Below are positions 48,965 to 61,300 of a stretch of 64,000 bases of DNA, piece by piece. The stretch is from Raillietiella orientalis (Eukaryota), in NCBI GenBank assembly GCA_036172245.1, contig JAYWIR010000042.1, positions 1,426,001 to 1,490,000 of the forward strand, written 5' to 3'. The notes beneath the pieces are model-generated. The model made no database searches, was not told the origin of the DNA, and saw only the letters and a list, made by a program, of their open reading frames with translations. Position 1 is the first letter of the stretch. Each line of letters begins with the position of its first letter. The translations under genes were made by a program, and so were the position numbers.

Positions 48965-51388
48965 TCAGCTGGGCAGGGTATAGCTGTATGGAGAATGCTT
49001 GGCGCCAAAGGTGAAAGCCGGAGGGAACGACTTTCCGACGAAGACCTGGAAGACCCGAAATGCCGCGTGCGAGCCGTCACGAGAGAGACTGGGAGACGTC
49101 CGGAACGCCTCGGGAAGGAGGGCGAGGAAGGGAAGGAGCGGAAAGTTGGGACTCACCTTCTCGGGATAATGAGAAGCCGGCCCCGGCTTGATTGTGCGGT
49201 CAATAGGGATGGAGGTGCGGTAGCTGATGGAGTAGCTGGGGCTCTTCTGCTTGTACACGTCGGTAGAGGGCTCGTCGTACGCCCCCGGTCCAGGGGTCTG
49301 CTCATGTTTTATCTCCCGCGGCCTCCCGCGGATTGTGAAGCTGGCGGTGGAGGGCTTGTCTGAGAGCAGCTGCCTATCTCCGGACCCAGAGATGCTGTAG
49401 GTATTGGGGGCTACCGAATGCAACCGTTCTGTCTGCGACTGTGAGGGCACGAGAATCTCCGAACCTGGAGTCTCCTCTCCTACTCGGATGTTCGGTCTGA
49501 TGCCGAAGGAGAACTTGAGCGGCGAGGGATGCACCAGCGTGTGCATCCGGCCGACGTCCCTCCCGTACGCTCCAGGACCCGGGGATTCCTCCTGCTTCCG
49601 CACTTCGGGACGACCGGAAATGGAGCACCCCTTTGGCTTCAGCGGTCCTGAAGACGCACAGGGTTTTTTGCAAAAGGGAAGCGGGAGGAAGGGAGCTCCT
49701 CCGGAGGGTTTTCTCTGAAGCACCCTCATGCTCTAGCGCCCTGCCGTTCGCACCAGCGCGTATTGACTCCTCCCACATTGGCTGGGAGTCCTCGCGTCCT
49801 CCTCGCGCTAGCCGCTCCCTCTGTTGGCACGTGCGCGCGCTCCGAAGGAGCTGGACTCTGCTGCTAACAACTCTCAGCGTCGCGTGCTCTCCGCGAGTCC
49901 ACAGAGCGCGCTCGGCGGATCTGCATTCCCTCCCCATTACCCATCCTCGTTCCTCCACCGCGCGCGCCCGCACCTGCACTGCGCCTCGGGCCACTCCCGC
50001 CGTCGTGCCTTGGGGTTCGTGCTCCCGCGTGCGCTCCACGTCGAGCGTGGGCGGAACGGAGGCGCAACTCCAGAGCTGACCGCCGCGCAGTTAACCGCGC
50101 CGGAAGGGACGGGAGCGGAGAGGGCGTTGCCGCATCGCGCACCCACCTGTCCTGCTGAGGCCCGTCACGTTGAACTTTGGTCCCGGGCTGCTGGTCTCGG
50201 GCTTCTCATCGTGCCTGGAACGGAGGAGCTGCAACCGGGAAGATGTGGATCTTCTCGAGGGAGCGCATGCCTCGGAAAGAACCCGGCCGGAAGGCGAAAG
50301 GAGGGAAGAAGGGAAGGGAACTGAGGAGCATTTTGTGAAAGCTAGCTCGCCCGCCTGGCGCAGGAAACGTCCCCTCCCGCGTCACGCAGAGCTCCCGAGC
50401 TCCCTAGCGGCCATCGTCAAGGCGTGCCGCCTCTCCTCCGCGTGGCATTCTGGAGGAGGCGCCGCGCTGCCGGCTCCTCCACCCCCTCGCTCATTAGGTT
50501 GCACAACTGATTTCTTGGGACGGAAGGCCGGGAGGGAGTTTCCTGCTTCATCCTCGGGAGAGGTCTTCTGCCACTCCCCTCGCGGTCTCGCGCCGCTTTT
50601 GGCCTTTGAAGGATTGTCCCCGAGCGTTCCCCTTGCCTCGCCGATCAGTCAAGAGAGCGGCGGGTATCCCTCTCGGTCATTCCGACCAGCGAGACCGCTC
50701 CCTAAGAGCTCGGAGCCATGGTCTCACCACCAGCGCTTGACTCGGTCCTCTGCGCATTTACCTGGGAAGGAGGAGGGTCAAAGAGGGAGGAATTCACAGA
50801 GGAGAGGTAGAGTCCCCATTCTCAGAGAAAGAGAGGGCAAAGGAGCGTCCCCTTTTACCTTCCCGCCATAGTGAACGCGGGGGACTTCCTCCTTCCCGAT
50901 TCCGGGATGCGATCGGACCCTGAAAAGAAACGGGTGAACAGCGAGGCTTCCAGAAGAAGGAACACGCGGGACGTCCCTTTTTCTGGAAGAGACGAACATC
51001 GATCGGCAAGGGAAGGCTCCGCTGGATCGATGTCAGGAGAAGGAGACCTGGAGTTCCTTGGGACTTCTGGTAGGGCTTCTCGCGCGAGCCGTCTGGGAGA
51101 CGCCCCAGATGCGTCCTCCCTGAGAAGTTCCAACGTGGTTGCATTCCTTCAGGAGGTCCTCCTCATTTTGTCCAGCCAGGCCCCGCCCTACTCCTGGATC
51201 CCTTTCGCTGGCTTCCGTGGCAGCGAAAGGAATTGCGCGAACGAGGGAGGGCGTGTCCGTCCCAGAGGACTCTCACCGATGTAAGAAGGAAGCTGGACAC
51301 TGGCCGGTCCTGGGCTACCGTACTCCGCTGCAATTGGGCCTCTGCGCACCGTCGGTTTCCATGGATTCTGCTCGATGTGGCCTCCCAT
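48965..51388 (-). CDS. ODF3: Outer dense fiber protein 3-like / SHIPPO-1 (PGP/STPG) repeat protein
   Basis: Exons 51388 (or in-frame ATG 51442)-51277, 50919-50859, 50214-50147, 49647-49465, 49410-49157 and 49045-48965 are GT-AG and phase-consistent. Translation has WKPTVRRGPIAAEYGSPGP, SPAFTMAGR, SPGPKF, SPGPGAY, APNTY, TPGPGAY, SPSYSI, KPGPASHYP and PAFTFGAKHSPY. Confidence 0.88.
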
Positions 51389-53929
51389 CGTCTTTATTCC
51401 CGCGTTGAACGCTCCCACTCCTCCTAACGACCTGGAAGGCATTCCTGAGAGAGGAACTGGGATCGCGTGAGGACAAGTTGCTTCGGAAAGAGGGGGGGAA
51501 GGAGGGAAGGGGAGCAGCTGCAAGGAAATTGCGAGACGGCGTCTTTTCCTTTCTTTTTCCTTTCTTGGGGCGGAAAGCGAGGCGCGTTCGCTTCTCATTT
51601 TCTTCCAGGAAATAAGAATGGGATAAGAGAAGAAAAGAAGAGGAAAAAAGAGGAAGGGTGGAGGAAGAGGTGGAAAAAGGGGGAGAAGAAGGAGGAGTGG
51701 GGGCAGAGTTTCTTTCCTGCTCGACGATGTAAGTTGCCGATCAACCACAGAAAAGGGAGGTCTACGCGTTCCCGAGAGAATACAAAAACAGCGGCAATAG
51801 CAGCAACAAAACACAGATGGAAACAAAGAAAGGACCAATGCGCAGCCAGAAAATTTTGCCCCTCCCCCTCCTTCGCTCAGTAGGGCCTCGTGTCCGTGCG
51901 CAAGGAGTCGGGGGCCGAAGTCAGCGATCGCATCCGATAGAAGGACAGCGAAAAGGGTGCAACTCACATGCGGCAGCTGCCCCACGTCCTCTGGCGCAGT
52001 CCCCCGTTCCCCGGTGCTCCGGTTTCCCAGCAGTCGCGGCTCTGAGGTCCCGAGCGTTCCCTGGAAGCGCCTCCGCAAGCAAGGGGGAGAGCGTGCACGA
52101 GTTCCTCCTGCTTCCTGTCTCGCGAACCCGGTCCTGGGGGGGAAGCACGGGAACCAATGGACTCCCGGAGAGTGCCGGCCGGGCGCCTGCGCTGGCGCGC
52201 GCGCCGACATCGAGAGAGTTCGGTCGCGTGAGCGCTGGCAGTCGGAGGTGCGCCCTGCCCTTGAAGGGTAGGAACTGTCCCATTTTGTCACACCCCGTCT
52301 GCACCCCGTCTGCAGCTACCGCTCTTCTCCCTAACCCTGACGCTTTGCTTTTCTTCCTTCCCTTCCCACGTCCCTCGCCATGGTTTCAATCTCCCCCTCC
52401 TTCACTCCGGTCCCTCTTTGCATGTGGGGAGGGAAGCGAAGGGCTAGTCCTTACCCCTGGTACCTCGAGGTACAGGATGGAAAGTAGAGGACTCGAGTGA
52501 TGGGGGTGGGAAAGGGACGGATGTATTGACTACCTCTCTGTCTCCACAGAAACGAGGCGCGAACCACCGGACTGCACTGCACTCGGCTAAGGTTCACGAG
52601 GAACTGACCGTCAAGGCGCTGCGCCGGAACACAGAGTGGCCTTCGTCTCTCGGAGCGCATGTGTGGGAGGGTCAGCGCAGGCGTTGGCGGGACAGCCCAC
52701 GAAGCCCTCGGGCAGCCTCGTCCTTTTTTTCTCCCTTTTTCTTTCTCGTTCCGAAAGGAGGGAAGGAGGAGGAGGAGGCAGGTGGACGAAGGTTGCGGAG
52801 GACGCCAACCAAGGACACGCATGAGCTCATGCTCGTTGAGTGGAAACGAAGTTACCCCGGATCTCCTAATTTCAAATTTGAAGAAAAAGAAGGTAACGAT
52901 CCACTCCTCAGCGAGAGGATCTGGGTATGATTCCAGGGGGTCTCTCCATCGTTCCTCCTCATCGGAGCTCGCACTCTCCTTCTTGGGCATGTGCGTGCGC
53001 CCGAAGCTGTAGCTGCCGCAGCCTCCGGCTGCTGGGGACCACCTCAGCAGCTGGACTCTCTGGTCGTTGAGCGTTGGCAATATCCCTCTCCAACGCGAAC
53101 GGACACTTTGCTTCTTCCTCTTTAACGCGAGTGCCCCTCCTCCCATCCCTCGCCACCTTGCTCGAGCTACGCCGCTCGCCTGCGCCTGATGAACTCTCCC
53201 ACGACTCGTCACGGGCCAATAAAGAGGCCGCGTGCCTCTCCCCAAGGACCTCTTCCGTCCGAAGGAGGAAACTGATTGACGGAAGGGGGCGCGTCTGGTC
53301 CCGTCAAGCGCAGCACCTCCTTCCCGGCAGCGGAGGAGAAAATTACACGACTCTCCCCGCGAGCAGTGACGGATGAGCGCTGCTCATGGGGAGCGACCTT
53401 AATCATCGTGTCAATCCTGAAGCCAGGCCGTGTCCCTTTTGGGAAGAGGGCGTCTGCCACACCTGTTGCTCAGGTCGTTCGTTCCCGGAGCTTGACGAGA
53501 GAGATGTGGCCGGAAGCAACACGGTGAAACCACGGAAAACGATGCGCCAGGAGACAGTAGAAGGAAAGCGCAAGGAGTCTCCTCCATTCACTGGCTCTCT
53601 CTTGCAGCTACGGAAGATAAAAGCGATCCAGTTCCTCGCGCGCGCTCGTTTCTTCTTGAGGCTGGAGGCACGGTGACACTGCCGGGGGGAGGAGGTTTTC
53701 CAGGGTGTAGTTCTCAGCTCGTTCAGGGTTGATAAAGAACCTTCGCCCTTAGGCATCGGATGGGACGAAGGGGGTCGTCGACGGAGAGCTCCATGCGCTT
53801 TCTCCCCTACCCTCTGGAAGGTGCGCCCCCTGGACACCCTCGGGAAGCGAAGACCCAAAGCTGGACGAAGTGCTCGGAAAAGGGGAAGTCTGGCTGATGG
53901 AAATCCCTTGGGGTTCTTCTATTCCTTCC

Positions 53930-54450
53930 AGCTTTTCTTCCTCTTCTTCTGTTTCTTGGTTCGACAAGTGCTGAAGAACCGTCCGCCTCCTCAGAGGGAG
54001 GTCACGAAGCTCTTGAAGCACCCTCTACTCGCCACCAGAGGGCGCATGTGACTCTTCAAGTTAAAGGAAACCACGTAGACACCACGTTATGGAACCAGGA
54101 AGGTTCCGGAGGAAGCAGTTCGTTCCTCTTACGATTGGAAGGGAACCCCTTTCTTATTCTTTCTGAAGAGAGCCCACAGAGCGGGTCATCCCTCGTTCTC
54201 CTCCGAAGGGACCCTTTGGAAAGGATGCGCTCCTTGTCTGAACTCTGAAGAAAACCCCGAAGGGACGCTTCCCGATTTCTCTTAAGGGCGCTCCCCGAAG
54301 GGAGCAGGGCGCTTCTTAACACTCTAGAGAGGCTGTCCTCAGAAGAGGTTTCAACCAGCTCCATGGTAATGGCTCCCTTTTCGCTACCGGAAGGGAACTC
54401 CGAGGAAAGCGGCGCTCCTCGATTCCTGGAAGGACCCTGGAGGTTCAACT
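53930..54450 (-). repeat. Dispersed repeat copy 3
   Basis: Homologous to 17890-18390 (reverse complement) and 19570-20110. The ORF track shows RKRNELLPPEPSW here against RKKNELLLPEPTW in copy 1. Confidence 0.7.
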
Positions 54451-56924
54451 TCTAATCCCAGCTAGTCAATAGGGGCATCCGGTTTCTAGCAGTGCTGCCC
54501 CCGGAATCCCAGGGCCAACTAGCGTCTTCCTGCGGGGAAGGACTTGAAACCCACGACTCACCCATTTCTTGACGCCCATCCTTCACGTGGATATGCGCAC
54601 TCGCAAGGCACGTGTGGTTCCACACGCGCGGAGACTATAGGCACATGGCCGCCGACACAGGCCTATCCTAGGATCGTCTACCCTTACCCATCTATTTGTG
54701 GGCGATCAGCCTCCAGGGGCAAGAATGCTGTGAGCCCGAGCAAGCGGGTGTTCGTAGAAACCCATCTGAGAGGACACAAAGATGGAGAGGATGGGATGGA
54801 GGATGTGGGTTGCTCTGGAGGGGTCCGAAACGAGTGCCGCCTCACCAGGCCGGAGAGACTCTGGAAGAGAGCCATCCGCGGGAAGGGTAGGGGGGAGGAG
54901 TGGTCCAAACGGAAGTCGCAACCCGGATCGCAACAAAGGCAACGTTGCCCTGGAGGTTGCGAATGGCGGCAGCCGTTTCTTTGGTCGGTGATTCTCCTTG
55001 CAGCTCGAAGAAGAGCAGGGTAAGAAAATTTCTCCAAGTTCTTCATCTCCTCCATTCTCCTACAGCCTTCCTTCCCGGAGATCCACCTAAGAAAAGCCCT
55101 CGCAGCTGGCTCCTAGCATGCAATCCTCTTCCCCTATCCCCTTCTAAGCATTGTAGCATCCAGAGCGAAGGTGCGAGAGCGCTTCACCAGGGAGAGGACT
55201 TCTCCTGATCGAGTTCCAGAGTGCCGTTACTGCGCAACGCATCTCCTGGCTGAGGAAGACGATCCTCGTGGAGTGAAGCCGGCTGGGCGGTTCCGTGTAT
55301 GTGAGGGTGCCCTTCATTTAGGTCCCACAATCCCGGGATCCCTGGGACTCGGCAGAGTCGCGCAAGCGGCCTCGCACAGCATTCCGCCGAGGGACCGCGG
55401 AGCGCTCATACGGAGAGCGAGCTAAGGGTTGAGGTTGGCGGAAGCCGAGGTGATGGGTGGGCGCAAGAATGAGACTTACGCGGTCATCCTGACAACGGGT
55501 CTCGCTTGACCACTGTTCGCTCCAGCTTCTTAAGTTTTTTCACGGGGGCGGGAAAGGCTGATGTGCCCGGGTCATGTCCATGGGTGAATCTCTTCTTGCG
55601 CTCTTCGCTTCTTGTTGGTATTCTGGAGGCTTAGAGGGAGGATGCATAAATCTCCCGATGGCGGTTCACGGCGCCTTCCAAGAAATTTTTTCTCGGTCAA
55701 CACCTTGGGTTTTTTTCTTCTTCTGCTGCTGCCCCTGTAGCTCCACCTCCTTCCTCCCTTTCCTTTTTTGCTCCTCCTCTTCCTCCTCCTTCTCTCTCTC
55801 TCCTCACAGTTTTCTCCTTTTCATTTTTCTAATCTCCTGCAAGAATCTGCTCGAAAGAGGTCCGCTCGCGCGCACCGGTCTTTTTTCTACTCTTCCCACA
55901 CGCAACGCGGTCGTCCACTGCTCCGCCTCGAGAAGCCACAGCCACTTTTGCGAAATCACTCCCTTGGGAAGGGTGGGAAGATGGGAGAGGTGGTGGGAAC
56001 TCGTGATCAGCGAGTGAATTCAAGCCTGAAGCTCGGGGCGCTTTATGGGAAGTTTGGGTAAATCCAAAATTAAGATATCCCCACTGTGGATTTTTGGACT
56101 AAAGGCTTTTCGAGATCTTTGTCGTCTTGTCGAACGACGGAGCAGAAGGCAGCGGTAAAGGTCTCATAGGCGTGATCGCCATTTGGAAAGGTCGAAGGTC
56201 TGGGAACTCCCTTGCTTAAACTTTCCCTATCGACTGCAACGCTTAGCATCGCTCGGAGCGAAGACCTCCGGAAGATGCCGCCCATTCGGGTGCGAGAAGG
56301 TCCGCAGAGCGGTTTAGCAACAGCTGACGAAGAGGTCCTCCCGTTTCTTTTCCTTGCCGAATTATGGGCATGCTGCTTGCGAGAACCCAGTCAACGTGAG
56401 CGTTGACCTCATCTTCGAGGTTGGCGTTTTCACGCTTTTCATTTTTTTTTTTTTTTTCTTTCGCAACACACCAATGTGGGAGTCTTTTAATATTTTCTCT
56501 TTTTTAGCACCTTGGTAAGCTTTCAATAACCAATAGTTCGCTGGAATCTGCACACGCTGTTCCAGGAAAAAAATATCGACTCGAAAGATAAATCAATTCA
56601 CGGTGCTGAATGAACGTCACTATCATCCATTCCGACTTACATTTCTTGAACCTTACGATTCAGTCTCATTAGTAAATAATGATGGAAATTATAATGGAAA
56701 TCATCGCTTTGGCGTTGAAAAGAAAATCGGAGGAACGAAAGGGAATGTTGATTCCTACGATTTGCCAAATAACGTGGCGAATAATCTTCGATCAAACTCT
56801 GTCCAGATTTTTTCTTCTTTGCCTTCAGTTTCTGGAACACAACACAGGGAGTGTTGTGTAATCATCTGATCGCTTTTTGCATGGTCAAGCGATCCATAAG
56901 CTTTTGGGTGTGTTTAAGCAGCAG

Positions 56925-56945
56925 ATATATATATATATATATATA
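56925..56945. repeat. (AT)n microsatellite
   Basis: About 10 uninterrupted AT units. Confidence 0.9.
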
Positions 56946-58353
56946 AAAGAAAAGTGAACTGGCAACCCTCAAAATCAAACAAGATCTTTCGTTTCTTGAC
57001 AACCTACTCTTCGATCGTTTCCTTCATGCTTATGCAATTTTGCATTTGCATTGACGAAACTGATTGAAAATATGTGAAACCAAATGTCATTCTGCTTGTT
57101 TGGAACCGATTATGTTGCGAGAATTACGCTTTGCTCCTCTAACGGAAGTGCTAAAAAACACGAAGGATGTTCTTGGGCTTTGTTTCTGCTCTCGTTTGCA
57201 TCTGATCTCATTACAAAATTTCGATTCAGGTCCTGAAGTATCAGAGTTTAAACGCAAGGCGGGAGTGTTCGTCGTTTCTGCCCGCATCTGAGCATCACCC
57301 AAAATTTAATCCCAGATCTCACTTTGTAATGCAGCAGTTATTGCACTGGTGGTGATTGAAATTCATGTTCTGAACGCCCGCCCTCCGGTTCCACTGGACC
57401 ACTGGATAGGAAAAACCGCGTGGGATTGAAGTGGCGAGAATTGCCCTCCACGGACGATGGAAGATCAGATGGACGCCACGGATGACGCAACTGGTCCAGA
57501 ACTACGGATCCAGGAGCACAGCTTTTTCGCGGAGTTGTCCTTTGCCTTTGTGCTGAGGTATTTGGAATCAAACAAGCATTCAGAAATGGTCCAAGCTCGA
57601 TCTCCGTGAAAGCGGGATGATGACGGGAGCCGTGCCTCGCACAGATAGGATAGATGGAGTCTCTGCTCTGAGATGAGGGAAACGATTCCCAAAGCTCTCG
57701 TGCTAAGCATTCAGAGACTGACGCCGTTTCTGTGTAGGAGTGTACTCTGTATTGGACACATGGACAAAACACTTTTATAAAGCGGCGCGCCCTCCCTGTA
57801 GTTGTAAGCACTTTTCCCACACAGCGTGAATTCAAACAAGGGATGATTTTCTTATGGAGATTATTAAGAGTAAGTGGACGCCATGGAAACGGCATCCAGG
57901 AAGCGCGCATTCGGAGTTCGAATTCCTCGTCTTTCCTCGAGTCTTTCTCATTCATGACGCAGTTTTGGTTTTGATTGCTAGTGAAGATCGACACGATGTC
58001 AACAAGGGGTGATTTAAAAGACAGCATGACCATTTCTCAGGAATTGAACTTTGCAACTCCCGATCAGGGTGAAGGCTCACAAGAAAGTTTCTACTCCATC
58101 CTTTTGCTAGAACCAACGAGTAGTGCGAAGCATAAGTGTGTGTGACTTCTGATCAATCACCGTTCTAGGGCGATTAGTAACGTAAAAAGGCCTCCTCCAC
58201 CTTGCCTGATTGATCGTGAAATCGTTGTTTTGACGAACAAGGATGCAATCTTCCTTCTATTTCCGGGTTCGTGTCCGGAGGATCGAGGAGAGAGCTTATC
58301 GGAAGGTACTTTTCAAACAGAGTGGATCAACCTGTTTTTGCAGAACTGATGAG

Positions 58354-61300
58354 ATGGAGGCGTCGAGCGTACGACCGAACAAGAAGATGAGAAGCGAATG
58401 CACCTCATTTGTAAAGCTTCTGCCAAATCATCCTTCCTATCGACTCGTGTTGAAAAACGATTCAGAATTTCTTGAATTTTCAGACGTTTGCGTATTGAGA
58501 GATGTTCTGAGTGCGTAGAAACATGAAAGGAAAATCGGTTCCCATTTCGAAATTTAACCCACCCACTGTCATTTGTTTACAGATAAAGCACTTCACCAAG
58601 ATCTTTGCAAACCTTCCAAATCTCTAATGTTCGTGCATCGGTAACGAAAGAAATTTTTGTCCAGATACAGTGGAGAGCAGTTGGGAAATTTGTTCCACGG
58701 GACGGGCAGAGCAGAGTTCATTACTGGAAACACGTATGAAGGATGCTGGAAAGAGGGACACATTTCTGAAAAAGGCACATACGTCTGGTCGGACGAGACA
58801 ACTTATGAGGTATCATTGATTATGTCTCTCATCAACAATCAATAGACTGCATACCTATGGCTCACGAATCCACTCTTCGTATCTCAAATGTTTCACCATG
58901 AGCAAATGCACCGAAATAAATGCGAAAATAATTACCGCTGCTAAGCTGCACATCTCCAGAGTTTCAAAGTGATCTTTTTTCCTCTTCCTATTTAGCACTT
59001 TTAGCCTTTGCACCTATTATGCTTTACTGCGGAGGAGGAGACTTTTAAGCAAGTCAAATGTGTATTCAGATAGCTAGAGAGGTATTATCATCTGTTGGAA
59101 TAATGATATGTAGTTAGCTGACTTTGTCACAGAAATGCGTTTGGCTTCAAAATTCCCTGACAGAAGCAGTGAAGGGATTTGAAGTGTAACTTTCTGTGTG
59201 AAAAAAAAGCTGTGAGCCAAGCAAACGAACATGGGAAGATGCTTGCTATCCAGCCTATCTGATGAGTTCATAGCTGGATTCAAAAGTGGAGATGCAAAGT
59301 AGAAGATTTTCGTTTCAAAAAACACACAGAAAAATAATGAACATGCGGAAACGTTCATCTGTAGCTCCATCCCGGAAGCGAATCCAAGAAATTCGACCTT
59401 TTGTTCGAAAAAAGGGCTGGAGTTGACCACCCCTTACAGCGGAAAGCAGGTGATTCGAACCAGAACCGTTCGGCGCTGCTTCTAGGCCCTATCCGATTTC
59501 CTCATTTTCCGAAGTGTATCAATGAAGGCGTGATTGCACGAAGAGCTGTTGGTGCCAAGACTTGGAGTTGTCAGGAGCACGCTGCATCGCGCAGTGAATG
59601 TGAACGAACCGGACTCCGAGCGAGGAGCTCCCATCCCGAAAACTCGACCAACTGCACGGAATCTGTGGGCAGAGTCATTCAGTATGCCTTCTTTGGAACC
59701 TTTTGGCATCAGGCTGGAATCACAGCCGACATGGTGGAACGCCACGCACTGCCTTTCACACAGCCGGGCGTTTGTTCGTCTTTCGGCTGCTTTGAGTCTG
59801 CTGAAAGCCCAGCAGCCTCATGCAATAAGAAACCGCAAGGGTAGATGCGGTCCATTATTGAAGAGTGTCGGAAGCAAGCAGCATTGCTTTAGGAAGGAGT
59901 ATTCGAGAAGAGGTTGCAAGCTATCACTCTGGAGTCAGAGGGAGTTCGTTTTTGTCATGCACTGAGGTGCTCGAAGGAGGAAAGAAGAATCAATGCCGAG
60001 GATGGAAAAATGATTCTCTTCCGAAGAGAGGTTCCATCTTCGAATCGCTGCAAAATGCCCTCTCTAGAGATCAAAGACTCTTCATGAACTTTATGACGGA
60101 AGCTTACATCTCACATCAAGAGATCCCTGCTCTCGATTGAGTCTGGAAAAAGCTGCAAAAAAAAGAAAAAAAGAAGTAGAAAAGAAAAGGAATTTCTCTT
60201 TGAGATCATTTCCGGACATCTCCTTGTTGATAAATGGCAATTTTTATTCCACAGAAGAAACAGTTTCCTAAAGCTTTCTCATCTTCGACCATCAACTGTA
60301 TTCTAACGTCACGCTCCTTCTGGCCGACGTGCGCACCGGCTGAAAGAGTGCGTGGAGTGTCACGACGTTTCCAGATTTTTTTGTGTGCCTTGCTGAGTGA
60401 AAAGTGTGCCGTTCCACCGACGCGGGTCTGACGGTGCTGTGCGAAGAAGAGGTCACTTGAGCCTAAAGAAGACGTTTCTTGCTCGAGAATAGGAAAAATT
60501 TCGCTTGGTGATGAGGAAGGGAGAGGAGAAGGAGGAAGAGAGGGAGAAAGAAAGGAAGAAGTGAAAGAGAATCCAGAGCATCCAGAGAGAGCAGCTGAAA
60601 AAAAAAAAATGTAGACTAAAAGCACACGCACGCACCTGGCTTCCCGATCGTTGCAGGATGGAGGAAACTGGGATGTTCCTGTTCACTCTGTGGAGTCATC
60701 GAGAAGCGCTCTAAAGTGTTAAGACAGGATTCGCTCCACGTTGAGTTCGAAATAGTTGCCTCCATCCGGTGAAGTGCGGAACTGTGAAGGAAGAGCATCT
60801 GCCATTAGGAAGTCGCTCTCTCTTCTGAGATGGATCCATCGAGATAATAATGTCAAGCGTCAAGGATAGGAAAGAGTCTCCTCTGATCAGAGATCTAAGG
60901 GGAGGAAGGGGGGAAAGAAGAGGGAGGGGTGAAGAAAAAGGCGTGTTCGTGCAGTAATAGCTGTTGGAATAGGCTCGAACGCCGCGTCTCGAGAATGGGG
61001 AAGGCGGAAAGACATCCATGCTCTGTTTCGATCCCAGGCCCGAGAGAGGGTTTTGACAAGACCGAAGAGAGGAAAAACGCACTCAGTCTCGAGCGAGGGA
61101 GACTCAAAGCAAGAAAGAACCAGCAACGGGTCCGATGAGGATGATGCTCGTGGCAGAGCGACTGCTGGAAGCCGGAGAAGAAATAGGAGGAAGAAAAAAC
61201 TTCTGTGACCTCAGCAGCAATCGAAATTCCCGGAAGTCCGGCCAGTCTTCTCCAGAGAAGCAGGGAGGGACGGTCGATAGCATTGCTTGCTATTCCAGGG

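Noticed and set aside
49974..50075. Symmetric 102-nt possible cassette exon in the ODF3-like gene
   Set aside because: Weak splice sites and no repeat motif; likely chance in GC-rich sequence.
57338..58033. 231-aa minus-strand ORF with PLE-like words (VDIVSIFTS, HPAFTEIELGPFLN)
   Set aside because: Too weak to call a gene. It is possibly another decayed RT, but no catalytic DD motif is visible.
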